In this document: positions 11,961 to 25,105 of the stretch, one piece after another
Layout: every line of letters starts with the position of its first letter
Numbering within the stretch: the first letter of the stretch is position 1
Assembly: GCA_964016885.1 (NCBI GenBank)
Contig: OZ024742.1
Span: 78,864,001 to 78,928,000, forward strand
Direction of reading: 5' to 3'
Length of the DNA: 64,000 nucleotides
DNA from: Eledone cirrhosa
Lineage: Eukaryota
Program-made: the position numbers and the translations under genes
The notes under the pieces: generated by a model
Told to the model about the DNA's origin: nothing
What the model saw: the letters and a program-made list of their open reading frames with translations, nothing else
Database searches by the model: none

Positions 11961-14080
11961 GAAACACTGGTCAGGCAGGAGTATAGTGTCTGTCATCCCC
12001 TCCCCTTTACCTTTCTTTTGTTGCTTAATTCCTTTTTTCTTACTATTTTTCTTATTTTCTTTTGGTTTTCTATTTCCATATTGCCCTGTATATTGTACAG
12101 TTTTTTTTTATTTTATTACTGGATATTTTGTATTGCAATAAAAAATACATTTCCTTCCTTTCATGGGAAAAAATAAAAATTCTTCAGTACACTAATAAAA
12201 TAGGTATATCATATACCCATAATACTGATAAAATAGGAATATCATATCCTGTATGAAACAACTAAAATGTTTGGCATCAGAAAAGGCACTTAGCTATTGA
12301 AAATTCCCTCAAAAAGGACCCCCATGGCGACAAAGTATTTCATGAATCTATCCCACTTCATCTCTACAGAGCTAACTCCTGCTATGACAAGTTAAAGGCC
12401 TTTAAAATATTTCTTATTCTATTTTAAACACTAGCATAGTAACAAAACACATTGGTAATTCATATATCTCACATACAAACAAACCCAAACAGACACACAC
12501 ATGTATACATACATAAATACACATGCATATACACATACACACACACATATATATACACATACATACACACATTCATATATATACTCATACACATATGCAC
12601 GCATATAAATACACACACACACACATATATATATATATACACATATACATACACACACATACACATATATATGCACATACATATATATATATATGCGTAA
12701 ATGTATACTTACATGCATATAGACACATGTACAGAACAAAAGACATGCACAGTAGTTACAGTCAATTTCAACTACATTGAAATATCCCCAGTGGAATCTA
12801 AGCTAATAGTTAACATGCAGTAGTCATAATATTTATTCCCAGAAGCTTTTAGAGTTGAGATAGATATGTTAGAAAATCATCAACAGGATTCTCATCATTG
12901 TCATTATTGCTATCTACATCATCCATTTCATCCTCAATGCTCCAAAGAAACAGCATCAAGAACATAAATATATATCCACAATTCACTCAATCCCAACAAA
13001 CCCTAAAGCCTTGAGGACTATTTAAATTTCATTAGCAACTCAGTTACTTTTATTCTTATTATGATTAAGAGAATAATAAAGAATGGATTGACAGTATGCT
13101 TAGAGTGTCATATAAAATGACTTGTATATATTTAAAGGCTCTTTTGTGTTCTGAGTTAAAATCCTACTGAAGAAATAGCAGATAAGTGGGAGATAAGAAT
13201 CAACAGTACCACCAGTAACAAAAACAAACAATTCTGCTCTTGTATCTATGTAAGAAAATTGTTATGTAGACACTGGTAAAGGCAGTGGATTGACAAGATC
13301 AGTAAGGTATCAAACGAAATACCATGCAAGCCTTTAGTTACACCCCTTTATATTTTAAATTCAAAACCAACTGAGTTTGACTTCAGCTTTCATTGTTCTG
13401 GAATGGATAAAATAAGAAACTATCAAGTACTGAGGTTGATATATTTAACTACACACTAACACAAATATAGATCTTGTTCTTAGATGAGAAATCATTATAA
13501 AAAATTGGTAATCCTTCCAAAGTCAACATTACCTTTCAACCATCTAGGATCAATAAAATAAAACACTAAAGTTGATTTAATTGACATTACTCTCCCTACA
13601 AATTGCTGGCCTTGCACTTAACATTTTTGTAACCATATTTCTAATGAAATACACTATCTATGTGTTTCAATTAATTTTGAAAATAACCAGGTATTTGGTG
13701 GAGTTTAATCAAATAACTCTTAAGCTGGTGTTTAGAACATTACTTTAAAATTTCTTAAATTAAATTATAATGGAACTAGCCTTCCGGAGCTATGGATTTT
13801 ACAACACTGATTTTCTATTAACTCTAAATATGTTAGTATGATCATGTTTTTAATTTCATTATTAGTCTTGTATTGGTGATGAAATAATAATAATACCATG
13901 TACAGTATATATACTTAAGCCCCCTTTCCCCCCAGTCCCAAAACTATAACAGAAGCTCTGTGGAAGTATTTGATATGAGTAAAATCATTTTTAAATGATC
14001 AGTTTTGTATCATATATACAGAATGTTTTCAAATGCTATAGTATCAAAAAGGTTGAATTAGAAACCATTATTAAGAGGAT

Positions 14081-14258
14081 GGCGGTGGATTAGCAGTATC
14101 GGTAGAGGGTCGGACGCCATGCTTTCCAGCATAGTTACGTCCCTTTACGATCTGAGTTCAAATCCCGCCGAGGTTGACTTTGCCTTTCATCCTTACGGGG
14201 TCGATAAAATAAAGTACCAGTAATTGCTGGCCTTGTGCCTAAAGTAGAAACAATTATT
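14081..14258 (+). mobile_element. Young tRNA-derived Nin/Deu-like SINE with a 17-bp target-site duplication
   Basis: GGCGGTGGATTAGCAGTATCGGTAG..GAGTTCAAATCC..GCCTTTCATCCTTACGGGGTCGATAAAATAAAGTACCAG. ATTATTAAGAGGATGGC occurs at 14067-14083 and 14253-14269. Confidence 0.9.
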
Positions 14259-15889
14259 AAGAGGATGGCAGAGTTACAATATTTTCATTTATGGCTTTAC
14301 TTACATCATTTTATTTTCAATTTCTAAATAGCTCCAGGACAAAGTTAGCTGCTAGTCCTTCAATGGTTACTAAGACAAATACCAATAATATTTATTGTGG
14401 TTAATTAAATCAACTGATATCTCCTCCCTGCTAAACTGTGGTCTCATGCTAATGTTTGTCCCTCACCTCTGCTCTTGTGACAAAATAAAGGAACCATTAT
14501 TCTCAATTGGCTTGTGTGCCATACAGATATTTCCCGTCATGCTTTCTGAGTTGAAATCTTCCCAAAGTTGACTTACTTTTCATCTTTCTGGGGTCACTAA
14601 GTACCAGTGAAGTCCTGTGGTCAATTCAAATGACCACAACTCTCCTATAATATGAGTAGTATTGTTCCTATTATAAAAATCATTACTATTATTAATGAAT
14701 CTGCTATATCTTAACTTGAACTTTAATATTTTTTATAGCTTAATTACAGAAAGAAGGACAATACACATGGTATTTTCACATGGATTTTAATACTGGTGGA
14801 GTGAGGAAAGGTAGAAGAAACCACAACTCATTTGTTACTGCAATAGCATTAAGATATCAAGTTACCTTCAAACTAAAAACATGGTCCAAATGGCTGGAAT
14901 AAAGTGGACACTGCTAAAAGCTCTCATTAGGTATATTGTGTAAACCAAGAGACTAATATAAATCAAGAAAAGATACATTCCATTTGATTGGCTTTCACAG
15001 TTTCTGTTCCCCAATTTTACACATGAGGATTCAGCGAACCCGAAGCTACGACAAAATACATAGTTTATGACCTCATTCCATGCTTGACACTATTGAAGCT
15101 TTTGCAAAGTTGAGGTATAGCACATCCATATTTGAGTGGTTTAGCAGCGTGCATGCATACACCCAATGTGCCATACAGTAGCATTGAGCCCTAAACTACA
15201 CAATTGCAAAGTGAAATTCTTAACCACAAAGTGGGACATTATTGATACAGTAACATATGTTGACCAGTTTGAAATCAACATCTACGAGAGTCATTGGATT
15301 TTTTTTGTATGTTTCTTTTTTTTATTTTATAACTTATATATTAATGTTAGCTATGATTGGTTTATATATTGATCTTGGCTATGATTGGCTTCAACCAAAC
15401 AATTAAGTTCATATATGTCTCAGTGGAACATACTTCAACAAGACCTCCATTCCTGTCTATTTGAAGTAAATTAAGTAGGTAGTTACTTGGTAGAAGGAAC
15501 ACCACTTCTATAAAGCTGGTGGTAAAGACAGTTTTGGTGGTGCTGGTAGTGTTGCTCTTGTTGTTGTTGATGATCATGATGATTGTAGTGGTGTTGGTGA
15601 TTGTAGTGGTGATAGAAGGTACTTGTAATGATGGTTGTGGTTGTTGTTGCTAGTAGTAGTGGTGTCATTGTTGCTGGGTTACTGTGGTGTTAGTGGTTAT
15701 CCAGTTTTCATGGTGGTGGTGATTGTGATGGGTGCAGCCATGATAGTTGTGATTGTGGTGGTAGTTGTGATATCAGTGGTGGTGGTTGTAGTGGTAAGAA
15801 TTGTACCCTATGTTTGTGTAAATAAGTTAGTTGGTCATTTAGTAGAAGAGAAACCCTGTCTTGATTGTCTTAGATATTATAAATCTGGG

Positions 15890-17230
15890 AAAGATAATAT
15901 TGGTGGTGGTGGTGGTGGTAGTAGTAGAGTTAGTGATGGTAGTATTGGTAGTGTTAGCAATTCTGGTAATGCTGGTGGTATTGGTAATGATTGTAGTGGT
16001 AGCAATGATGGTGCTAGAATTACTGATGGTATTGATAGTAGTGCTGGAGGTAGTGGTAGTGGTGGTATTAGTAGTGATAGCAGTGGTAGTGGTAGTGGTG
16101 GTATTAGTAGTGATTGCAATGGTAGTGGTGGCAATGGTGGTGCTGGAATTACTATTGGTATTGGTAGTGGTGGCAATGGTGGTGCTGGAATTACTGATGG
16201 TATTGGTAGTGGTGGCAATGGTGGTGGTATTGGAGGTGATTGTAGTGGTGGTAGTAGCAGTGATGGTCCTGGAATTACTATTGGTATTGGTAGTGGTGCT
16301 GATGGTATTGGTAATGGTGTTGATGGTATTGGTAGTGGTGCAGATGGCATTGGTAGTATTGCTAATAGTGTTGGTGTTGGTGGTGCTGATGGTATCGGTA
16401 GTGGTACTGGTGGTATTGTTAATAGTGTTGGTGTTGGTGGTGCTGATGGTATTGGTAGTGGTACTGGTGGTATTGTTAATAGTGTTGGTGTTGGTGGTGC
16501 TGATGGTATTGGTAGTGGTACTGGTGGTATTGCTAATAGTGTTGGTGTTGGTGGTGCTGATGGTATCGGTAGTGGTACTGGTGGTATTGTTAATGGTGTT
16601 GGTGTTGGTGGTGCTGATGGTATTGGTAGTGGTACTGGTGGTATTGTTAATAGTGTTGGTGTTGGTGGTGCTGATGGTATTGGTAGTGGTACTGGTGGTA
16701 TTGTTAATAGTGTTGGTGGTGCTGATGGTATTGGTAGTGGTACTGGTGGTATTGTTAATAGTGTTGGTGTTGGTGGTGCTGATGGTATTGGTAGTGGTAC
16801 TGGTGGTATTGTTAATAGTGTTAGTGTTGGTGGTGCTGATGGTATTGGTAGTGGTACTGGTGGTATTGTTAATGGTGTTGGTGTTGGTGGTGCTGATGGT
16901 ATTGGTAGTGGTACTGGTGGTATTGTTAATAGTGTTGGTGTTGGTGGTGCTGATGGTATTGGTAGTGGTACTGGTGGTATTGCTAATGGTGTTGGTGTTG
17001 GTGGTGCTGATGGTATTGGTAGTGGTACTGGTGGTATTGTTAATGGTGTTGGTGTTGGTGGTGCTGATGGTATTGGTAGTGGTACTGGTGGTATTGTTAA
17101 TGGTGTTGGTGTTGGTGGTGCTGATGGTATTGGTAGTGGTACTGGTGGTATTGTTAATGGTGTTGGTGCTGATGGTATTGGTAGTGGTACTGGTGGTATT
17201 GCTAATGGTGTTGGTGCTGATGGTATTGGT
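15890..17230. repeat. GGT-rich minisatellite; homogeneous 57-bp unit from about 16360 to 17230
   Basis: Unit GGTGTTGGTGGTGCTGATGGTATTGGTAGTGGTACTGGTGGTATTGTTAATAGTGTT repeated about 15 times, with a few shortened units. It generates the spurious Gly-rich and Val-rich ORFs. Confidence 0.95.
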
Positions 17231-17569
17231 TTGTTTTCAATTGTATATCAAAGTTGACTGCCAATATTTACAATTAATACAGTCAGGCAAGAGATAATTA
17301 GGATAATGATGATGATGACAGATATTGAAGGTGGGTTGCTGTGCTTGTAAAGGAGATGGTTTCATAACTGACAAGAATTTTATGAAGTGTCATAATGGTA
17401 AAACTATTCAGTCAGTCTGTGGTATAGTGTTCCCATTGCTCCTGCCAGCTACAAATCAAGTTGACAGAATGGTATTGTCAAGTGATTACAATACAAGTAT
17501 CTGATGATGTTGGCTGAGCTGGCACAAACAATGAGGTATATATCACAAAAAAAAAAAGAGACAAGATGG

Positions 17570-17760
17570 AGGCCAGAAAGTAGAGGAGGCACAAAAGGGG
17601 ACAAATAGTCATTGAAGAGGTCACAGAATGTGTGACAAAAGAACATTGATGAACTAAACAAATAATTGATAATACAGATAAAGTGAAAATCATATGGTGC
17701 ATGTGTTTTTTTTAAATTTGCAATACTGGGAAAATGACCATCCCCAAATATAATAATATT
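17570..17760 (+). mobile_element. Decayed monomer of the Penelope-like repeat that forms the 59.6-60.1 kb palindrome
   Basis: GTCATTGAAGAGGTCACAGAATGTGTGACAAAAG..AAAGTGAAAATC..TGGTGCATGTGTTT..ATGACCATCCCCAAATATAATAATAT aligns with 59906-60102. Confidence 0.75.
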
Positions 17761-17914
17761 TATATATGCATGGGTTGCAGCATGCATCTAGTATGCACTA
17801 CTTCCCCCTAGTCTCTCCCCAACTTCCATACACCTCCCATGCCCCAAGATTCCACCCTCGTCCTTGCACACCCCACCCAGCCCCCAGTTCACACTGATTA
17901 TTGTTTTAGTGCAG

Positions 17915-18197
17915 CTACAAGAAGCACCCAGTCAACACTGTAAAGTCATCATATTGGTGGCACAACAAAATTTCCTCAGGCCACACTGTAAAGTGGTCGT
18001 TTCAGTGCCATGATAAAGAGCACCCAGTCCATACTGTAAATGTTGTTGGTATTAAGAAGGGCACCCAGCCATAGAAACCAAGCCAGAAACAGTTCTGTAT
18101 GAGCTAGACAGAATCACCTGATCTGAATTGTCTCAAATGGCACAACTAGTCTAACTCATACTAGCATCAAAAAATGAATGTTAACAGTGATGATGAC
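17915..18197 (+). mobile_element. RTE-LINE 3' UTR or SINE-tail fragment with tandem internal modules
   Basis: Repeated AAGCACCCAGTC.ACACTGTAAA modules, then TTGGTATTAAGAAGGGCACCCAGC and a (GAT)n end. Similar pieces occur at about 2430-2625, 29560-29820, 49940-50180 and 59365-59540. Confidence 0.7.
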
Positions 18198-18257
18198 ATA
18201 TATATATATATTTATATATATATAAACATATACACTCACATACACATATATATATAA

Positions 18258-18292
<35 letters not shown>

Positions 18293-18374
18293 CCTATATA
18301 TATACATATATTTATATAAATATATATATATATATATAAATATATATATATATACATATATTTATATAAATATA

Positions 18375-18407
<33 letters not shown>

Positions 18408-18425
18408 GTATACCTATATATACAT

Positions 18426-19221
18426 ATCATCATCATCATCATCATCAACGTTTAACGTCCGTGTTCCACGCTTGCATGGGTTTGGACGGGGGTAGTCCCA
18501 CTTGAGGCAAGAGTGATTGTCTTGCTCGCATAGGACTGTCTGGCAGGTTTTCTACAGTTGGATGCCCTTCCTAACACCAACCACATTTACAGTGTGGGTC
18601 TGGGAGGTTTTTACCGTGTTGCCTACACGGCCACATTACAGCGTGGACTGTGTGTTTTTTTGTCGTGACACCTACATGATCTCATTTGTTTCGGCCTGGA
18701 TGGCGCGGCACCAACATAACTTTACATAGAACGGGGTGGTGTGGATGGGGTGGGTGGGGGTGGTGGGACGGGGTGTATTTTGTTAGAGATGCCTACTGGC
18801 TGTAGTAGGTTTTACTATGTATTTAGGTAAGGCGGGTCTTCTCTGTTACTGAGTACCGCCAAAGGTCTCGGTCCAGTGACATTGTCTTGGAGAGGTGTAA
18901 GTGTGTGAGGTCGGAGTTTATCAGCTCGTCCCAGGTTTTTCTAGGTCTGCCTATTCCGTGGCTACCGTCTATCTTTATTGCCCTGCACTTTGTTATACAG
19001 CTATCGACTTTCATGCGCATCACGTGTCCATACCAACGTAGCCTTCTCTCGAGTAAACAACATCTGATCCCTCTTATTTCTAATTTTTTCCTTAGTTCGT
19101 TTATGCTTTGCCGTTCACGTATATTACTGTTACACATCCAGCGGAGCATGCAAGCTTCGTTCCTCTCTAGTCTGCGTATATCCTCTGCACACAATGCCCA
19201 GGTCTCACTGCCATGCAACAT
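18426..19221 (-). mobile_element. 5'-truncated RTE LINE (3' end of ORF, 3' UTR and (GAT)n tail)
   Basis: ORF 18823-19221 ([27 protein letters not shown]) is nearly identical to the C-terminus of the 19859 element. The tail appears as (CAT)n at about 18426-18446. Confidence 0.95.
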
Positions 19222-19224
19222 ATT

Positions 19225-19265
<41 letters not shown>

Positions 19266-19312
19266 ACCTATATATACATATATTTATATAAATATATATA
19301 TATATATATATA

Positions 19313-19695
19313 TCATCATCATCATCATCATCATCGTTTAACGTCCATCTTCCACGCTAGCATGGGTTTGGACGGGAATTTTTCCACTTGAGGCAAGATT
19401 GGTTGTCTTGCTCGTATAGGACTGTCTGGGTTTTTTACGGCTGGATGCCCTTCCTAACACCAACCACGTTTACAGTGTGGACTGGGAGCTTTTTACCGTG
19501 TTACCTACATGGCCACATTACAGCGTGGACTGTGTGTTTTTTTGTCGTGACACCTACACGCCCTCATTTGTTTCGGACTGGATGCTGTGGTACCAACATT
19601 ACTTTATATTGGAAGGGGTGGTGTGGATGGGGTGGGGGTAGTGGGGCCGGAGTGTATTTTTGTTAGAGGTGCCTACTGACTGTAGGTTTCGCTTT
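19313..19695 (-). mobile_element. Third RTE LINE copy, 3' UTR only
   Basis: (CAT)n, then CGTTTAACGTCC..GGATGCCCTTCCTAACACCAACCAC..TTTTGTTAGAGGTGCCTACTG, homologous to 18426-18815. Confidence 0.9.
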
Positions 19696-19801
19696 GTCAT
19701 ATATATATATATGTGTATACCTATATATATACATATATTTATATAAATATATATATATATATATATGTGTATACCTATATATATATATATATACATATAT
19801 T

Positions 19802-19846
<45 letters not shown>

Positions 19847-19858
19847 ATATATATATAT

Positions 19859-21244
19859 ACGGAAAAAGTAATAGCGCAACTAATCAGAGAGAGAATTGAT
19901 CTAGATGAAATGCAGTTCGGGTTTGTGTCAGACAAAAGTACCACAGACGCTCTTTTCATTGTACGACAACTACAGAAGAAGTACCTAGCTAAAAGTAAAC
20001 CCCTATACTTAGCTTTTGTTGACTTGGAGAAAGCCTTCGACAGAGTCTCCCGTTCCATTATCTGGTGGGCTCTTAGAAAACTAGGTGTTGATGAATGGCT
20101 TGTGAGAGCTATACAAGCCATGTATAAAGAAACAGTCAGCAAGGTTAGAATTAACAACGAATATAGTGAAGAGTTTAGTGTAAAAGTTGGTGTTCATCAG
20201 GGCTCTGTTCTTAGCCCCCTACTATTTATTATTGCCCTTCAGGCTATAACAGTGGAGTTCAAGAGCGGCTGCCCATGGGAACTCCTATACGCAGATGATC
20301 TAACGCTCATAGCTGAATTAATGGACGAGCTAGAGAAGAAATTCCAAACATGGAAGCACGGCCTAGAATCAAAAGGCCTTAAAATTAACCTGGCTAAGAC
20401 TAAAGTTCTAGTTTGTAGGAAAGAAAATAAGGCGCCGGTCCCTTCCGGGAAATGGCCATGCTCAGTGTGTAGGAAAGGCGTAGGTAGAAACTCCATTTTA
20501 TGTCCCAAATGCAAAGTATGGGTGCATAAAAGATGTAGTGGGATCACAGGTAAGTTAACTAAGAACATAGATTTTACATGTGGCCGATGCTCTGGTGCAA
20601 TAAGTAGCAGCAAGTGCCCACAAAATACTAGCTCTTTCAATTGCGCAGAGGGTTCTATAGAAATAGTGGACAGCTTCCGTTACCTGGGTGACAAAATCAG
20701 CAGTGGGGGAGGGTGCTCTGAAAGTACAGTAGCTAGAGTCAGAACTGGATGGAAAAAGTTCAGAGAGCTTATACCACTATTAGCCGCTAAAGGGTTCTCC
20801 CTAAAAATGAAAGGCAGGTTGTATGATGCCTGCATACGAACAGCAATGTTGCATGGCAGTGAGACCTGGGCATTGTGTGCAGAGGATATACGCAGACTAG
20901 AAAGGAACGAAGCTTGCATGCTCCGCTGGATGTGTAATAGTAATATACGTGAATGGCAAAGCATAAACGAACTAAGGGAAAAATTAGAAATAAGAGGGAT
21001 CAGATGTTGTTTACTCGAGAGAAGGCTACTTTGGTATGGTCACGTGATGCGCATGAAAGACGACAGCTGTATAAAAAAGTGCAGGGCAATAAAGATAGAC
21101 GGTAGCCACGGAGTAGGCAGACCTAGAAAAACCTGGGACGACCTGATAAATTCCGGCCTGACACACTTACACCTCTCCAAGACAATGTCACTGGACCGAG
21201 ATCTTTGGCGGTACTCAGTAATAGAGAAGACCCACCTTGCCTAA
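19859..21244 (+). CDS. Partial RTE LINE ORF: reverse transcriptase, PHD-like zinc finger and C-terminal domain (no endonuclease, no native start)
   Basis: Motifs [83 protein letters not shown] and GRPRKTW. The first roughly 55 aa of the listed ORF (19694-19858) are translated microsatellite. Confidence 0.93.
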   Translation, partial: TEKVIAQLIRERIDLDEMQFGFVSDKSTTDALFIVRQLQKKYLAKSKPLYLAFVDLEKAFDRVSRSIIWWALRKLGVDEWLVRAIQAMYKETVSKVRINNEYSEEFSVKVGVHQGSVLSPLLFIIALQAITVEFKSGCPWELLYADDLTLIAELMDELEKKFQTWKHGLESKGLKINLAKTKVLVCRKENKAPVPSGKWPCSVCRKGVGRNSILCPKCKVWVHKRCSGITGKLTKNIDFTCGRCSGAISSSKCPQNTSSFNCAEGSIEIVDSFRYLGDKISSGGGCSESTVARVRTGWKKFRELIPLLAAKGFSLKMKGRLYDACIRTAMLHGSETWALCAEDIRRLERNEACMLRWMCNSNIREWQSINELREKLEIRGIRCCLLERRLLWYGHVMRMKDDSCIKKCRAIKIDGSHGVGRPRKTWDDLINSGLTHLHLSKTMSLDRDLWRYSVIEKTHLA

Positions 21245-21633
21245 ATACAAAGTAAACCTACTACAGTCAGTCAGCATCTCTAACAAAATACGCCCCCGTC
21301 ACACCACCCCCACCCCATCCACACCGCCCCTTTCAATGTAAAGTTACGTTGGTGCCACAACATCCAGGCCGAAACAAATGAGATCGTGTAGGTGTCACGA
21401 CAAAAAAACACACAGTCCACGCTGTAATGTGGCCGTGTAGGCAACACGGTAAAAACCTCCCAGTCCCACGTTGTAAATGTGGTTGGTGTTAGGAAGGGCA
21501 TCCAGCTGTAGAAAATCCGCCAGACAGTCCTATGCGAGCAAGACAACCACTCTTGCCTCAAGTGGGAAAACTCCCGTCCAAACCCATGCAAGCGTGGAAC
21601 ACGGACGTTAAACGATGATGATGATGATGATGA
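19859..21633 (+). mobile_element. 5'-truncated RTE-clade LINE inserted in a (TA)n tract
   Basis: Open RT frame followed by a roughly 370-bp 3' UTR that ends GGACGTTAAAC(GAT)n. Confidence 0.95.
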
Positions 21634-22348
21634 TATATACATATATACATATACATATTTATATACATATATATTTACACGCACGCACACACACACACAC
21701 ACATATATATAAATGATGATGATGATGATATACATAGGCAGGAGTAGTGGTTAAGTCTGATGTACTTCTGAAACTCTTTATATCAAGCACCTCATATGGG
21801 CAATATGATGTTCAAGTGACATTATAAGCAGGCTGTTTCTGCTGATATTGGAAACGCTAGTCGTAGTGGTGGTGCTGGTAGTGATATTGTATTAGTGGTG
21901 AGTTGCACTGCAAGAAGCAACATATGCTGCAGTCAATGGAGAAAAACTCAACTACAGCAACGACTGTGAAATGCGAGCAAGCCTCTTTATGGCAATCAAA
22001 ATCCTTTTGTCATTAGCTACTTAAAGGATTAAGACTTAAGCTCTATTTTGAATGTTGGAGAAGATAAAGTCCAGCACAAACGAGAGCACATCATATATAT
22101 GTGTGCATATGTGTACGTGTGTGTAAGTACACACATTTCCATTCCTCTACATGTCTTTTGACCCTCACAACTGCTTATATCTATCTATATATATATATAT
22201 AACAAAGATACACTTATAAATTGGCTTTTGTATAAATATAAATATAAAATCTATGTATAAATAGACACAGTCTCCTCATATATTAACCGATTCAATAACA
22301 TAGTGTACCACATATTTTGGTCATATATCTATACATATATGTACATTG

Positions 22349-22439
<91 letters not shown>

Positions 22440-23691
22440 CAGGGAGAGGGGGGAGAGAGAAGTAGATGTATATAACATGCTTATATAGATATGCATGACA
22501 CAATCAAAAGTAACAAACTATAAGTCACTATAATACAATAAAAAATAAACATTCACAACCACCATTTTAGTTTATTGCTGATCTTGTCTGCCTCTCTGGT
22601 ATTCTTATACTTGGCCATAAATGGTTACTATCAATAGCAGTTCACCTACACTATTGTCTGAGTATGTCTTGAACCTTATATTTACTTCTTACTATAAATG
22701 GGATGGACCAATGTCACTTTCACAAAGTAGTGTTTGATCAATTCATGATATAACATGTAAGTGGCTGAGCATTCCATAATACACATTATATTTTATAATT
22801 TTTGGGTCAATAAAAGTAGTATAAGACCTGTGGGGTGGAGCAGCATCCCCTTCTTCCATAGTCAGTTACATAATGGATGTTCCACTGGATCAAGTGTAAT
22901 GTGGTTGAAAGAATGTCTGTTTATCACTACATGGGCATGTCAAATTCTTAGCAAAAAGAATGATACGATTGTAGAAAATACATACTACACACACACAAAC
23001 ATATATATATAAATATTTATATATATATGTGTATATGTGTATGTGTGTGTGTGTGTTGCCTGAATGTATAGTTACATTCACTAAAGAAAGAGCCCTCAAT
23101 ATGTAATCATAGAGGTAAATATATTGTATGAAATACATGGGAAACTGGCATATACCTTTTTAGGTACTTTGAGTTATCTGAAGCAAGTTCATTTTACTTC
23201 AGGAAACTGGGAGTACCTAAGAAGATATATATGCCAGATTGGCATGTATTTCATACAATATAATGTGGATATATATATATATATATATTTTATTTTCCTC
23301 ACATTGTATTTTTTAACTAATAGGTAGCTGGGTTTTGGAACCCATCATTCCAATCAGCAGACCATTGTAATAAGCAAAATCATATGAATCTTACATCATA
23401 GATGTGGTAACTCATAAATGGGTGTTACAGGAACAGAGATAAATACGTCAATAAAAAATATGAGAAGGTCAAATTCCAATAACTCCCTTAATCATTGCAT
23501 AATACGTATTCCTGTGGCCAATTTACTTATGTCATCTGATCATGATGCAAAACAATCAGTGACGTAATCAGACGGTATGAACATAATAGATTTAGTTAAG
23601 CAAACTTTACTGGGGCACAATAAAATATAAACAAAGAATTAATGACATGGAGATGGCCGAGTTAGCCATGTTATTGCTAGCATGGATTCAG

Positions 23692-23769
<78 letters not shown>

Positions 23770-24064
23770 GTAAACTCATTCTTGTGACCATCAATAATAA
23801 GTATATTTATATACATATATAATACAATTAAAAAAATGTAAAGAATACCAAAGTACAACACATCACAATTATAGTATATAGTTTAAGGCTTTAAAGCAGT
23901 TATAAAGTGGCTTTCAGTCTATTGACTGATAGCAGTAAAATAAATGAAAGAATAGCCAGTGTTGTTTCATTTTACAATGATCAGAATTAGAATACAATGA
24001 AACTGTTAATAATTTACAATTAACAAAGGAACCTCCTCAAATAATATTACATATCATTTGTGTC

Positions 24065-24277
24065 ATGCTTAAAAGTATTGACTGTTCACCAATAGGTTTG
24101 TTGTTGAGCATTATTGCCCCCACCTCCCTGCTCAATGTTATCAGAGTGGAGTTGGCTGCCTGCGTGAGCAAGCCCTGCAAGGTGGAGTGGCTGTTTCAGT
24201 GCGTCATTCTTGCCCTCTTCCAGGGAAATGTCTTCTCCGTCTTGTTGGATGGGACTATAAGGCAGATGACATATTAG
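24065..24277 (+). mobile_element. Relic of a CRE-like non-LTR retrotransposon C-terminus
   Basis: CSPIGLLLSIIAPTSLLNVIRVELAACVSKPCKVEWLFQCVILALFQGNVFSVL fits the CRE-like ..P.E..WL.QRLSLA..RGN.FS.L terminus also seen at 11.9 kb and 41.6 kb. Confidence 0.6.
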
Positions 24278-25062
24278 GGTAAGAGTAGGGTGGCTGTCTT
24301 CAGATGAAAGGGTTAATAATGCGGTTACACATGATAGACACACATAGTTACACACAACAATATAGGTAATTATTTCAGAGTAACTATATAACTATATTGA
24401 AAGAAGTCATAAAAGTGTTTTGATGTCTGGAGAAGAAAACAGAAAGATGAGATGATGTTTTGGAGAGAAAAGAAAGAAGAATAAAGAAAAACTGAGGAAA
24501 ATTGACGTTGTCACTTGTTTGTCTGCCATAGTCGTCTGTTTTACTAGTTACAGTCATTTGACTATGACCATACTGGAGCATCACAACTTGTGCTATAATA
24601 ACTAACAATGTTAACTGATAATTACTACTACACATACAAATAGATGATTACCATCATACCTCAGCCAGTACAATTTTTTATTAACTTCAAAAGGATAAAA
24701 TGCAAAGTAGACCTACATAGGTTTGTATGTAACAAAATACCAGAAATATTTGTTGCTTCACCCCACACAAACTCTTGCCATCAACCTGTCATATATTAAG
24801 TTTTGAAGCTAAAAATATTCAATATGTAGTAGTAGTAGTAGTAGTAGTAGTAGCGGTAGTAGTGGTGGTAGTAGTGGTAGTAGTTGTAGTAGTAGTAGTT
24901 GTTGTTGCTGTTGTTGACTATGACCAAACTGAGGCAACACCTTCATTTACTCAATTATAAGGTATTTATTTCTATTTTACTGATAGCCTTTTTATATGGG
25001 GTTAAATTTCTATATTACATACCATAATCACAGAAACCAATGTAAACATAGACACACTTACG

Positions 25063-25102
<40 letters not shown>

Positions 25103-25105
<3 letters not shown>

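Noticed and set aside
15635-17297. 540-aa Gly-rich and 478-aa Val-rich ORFs
   Set aside because: They are products of a triplet-derived minisatellite open in several frames, with no recognisable domain or gene structure.
19694-19858. N-terminus of the 516-aa ORF
   Set aside because: It is translated (TA)n microsatellite fused in frame to a 5'-truncated LINE, so it is not a real start and the element is not autonomous.
24086-24257. Apparent minus-strand terminal exon (PIQQDGEDISLEEGKNDALKQ...QQQTYW*) with a plausible acceptor
   Set aside because: The opposite strand matches the CRE-like retrotransposon C-terminus found twice more in the window, which is the simpler explanation. RNA-seq could overturn this.
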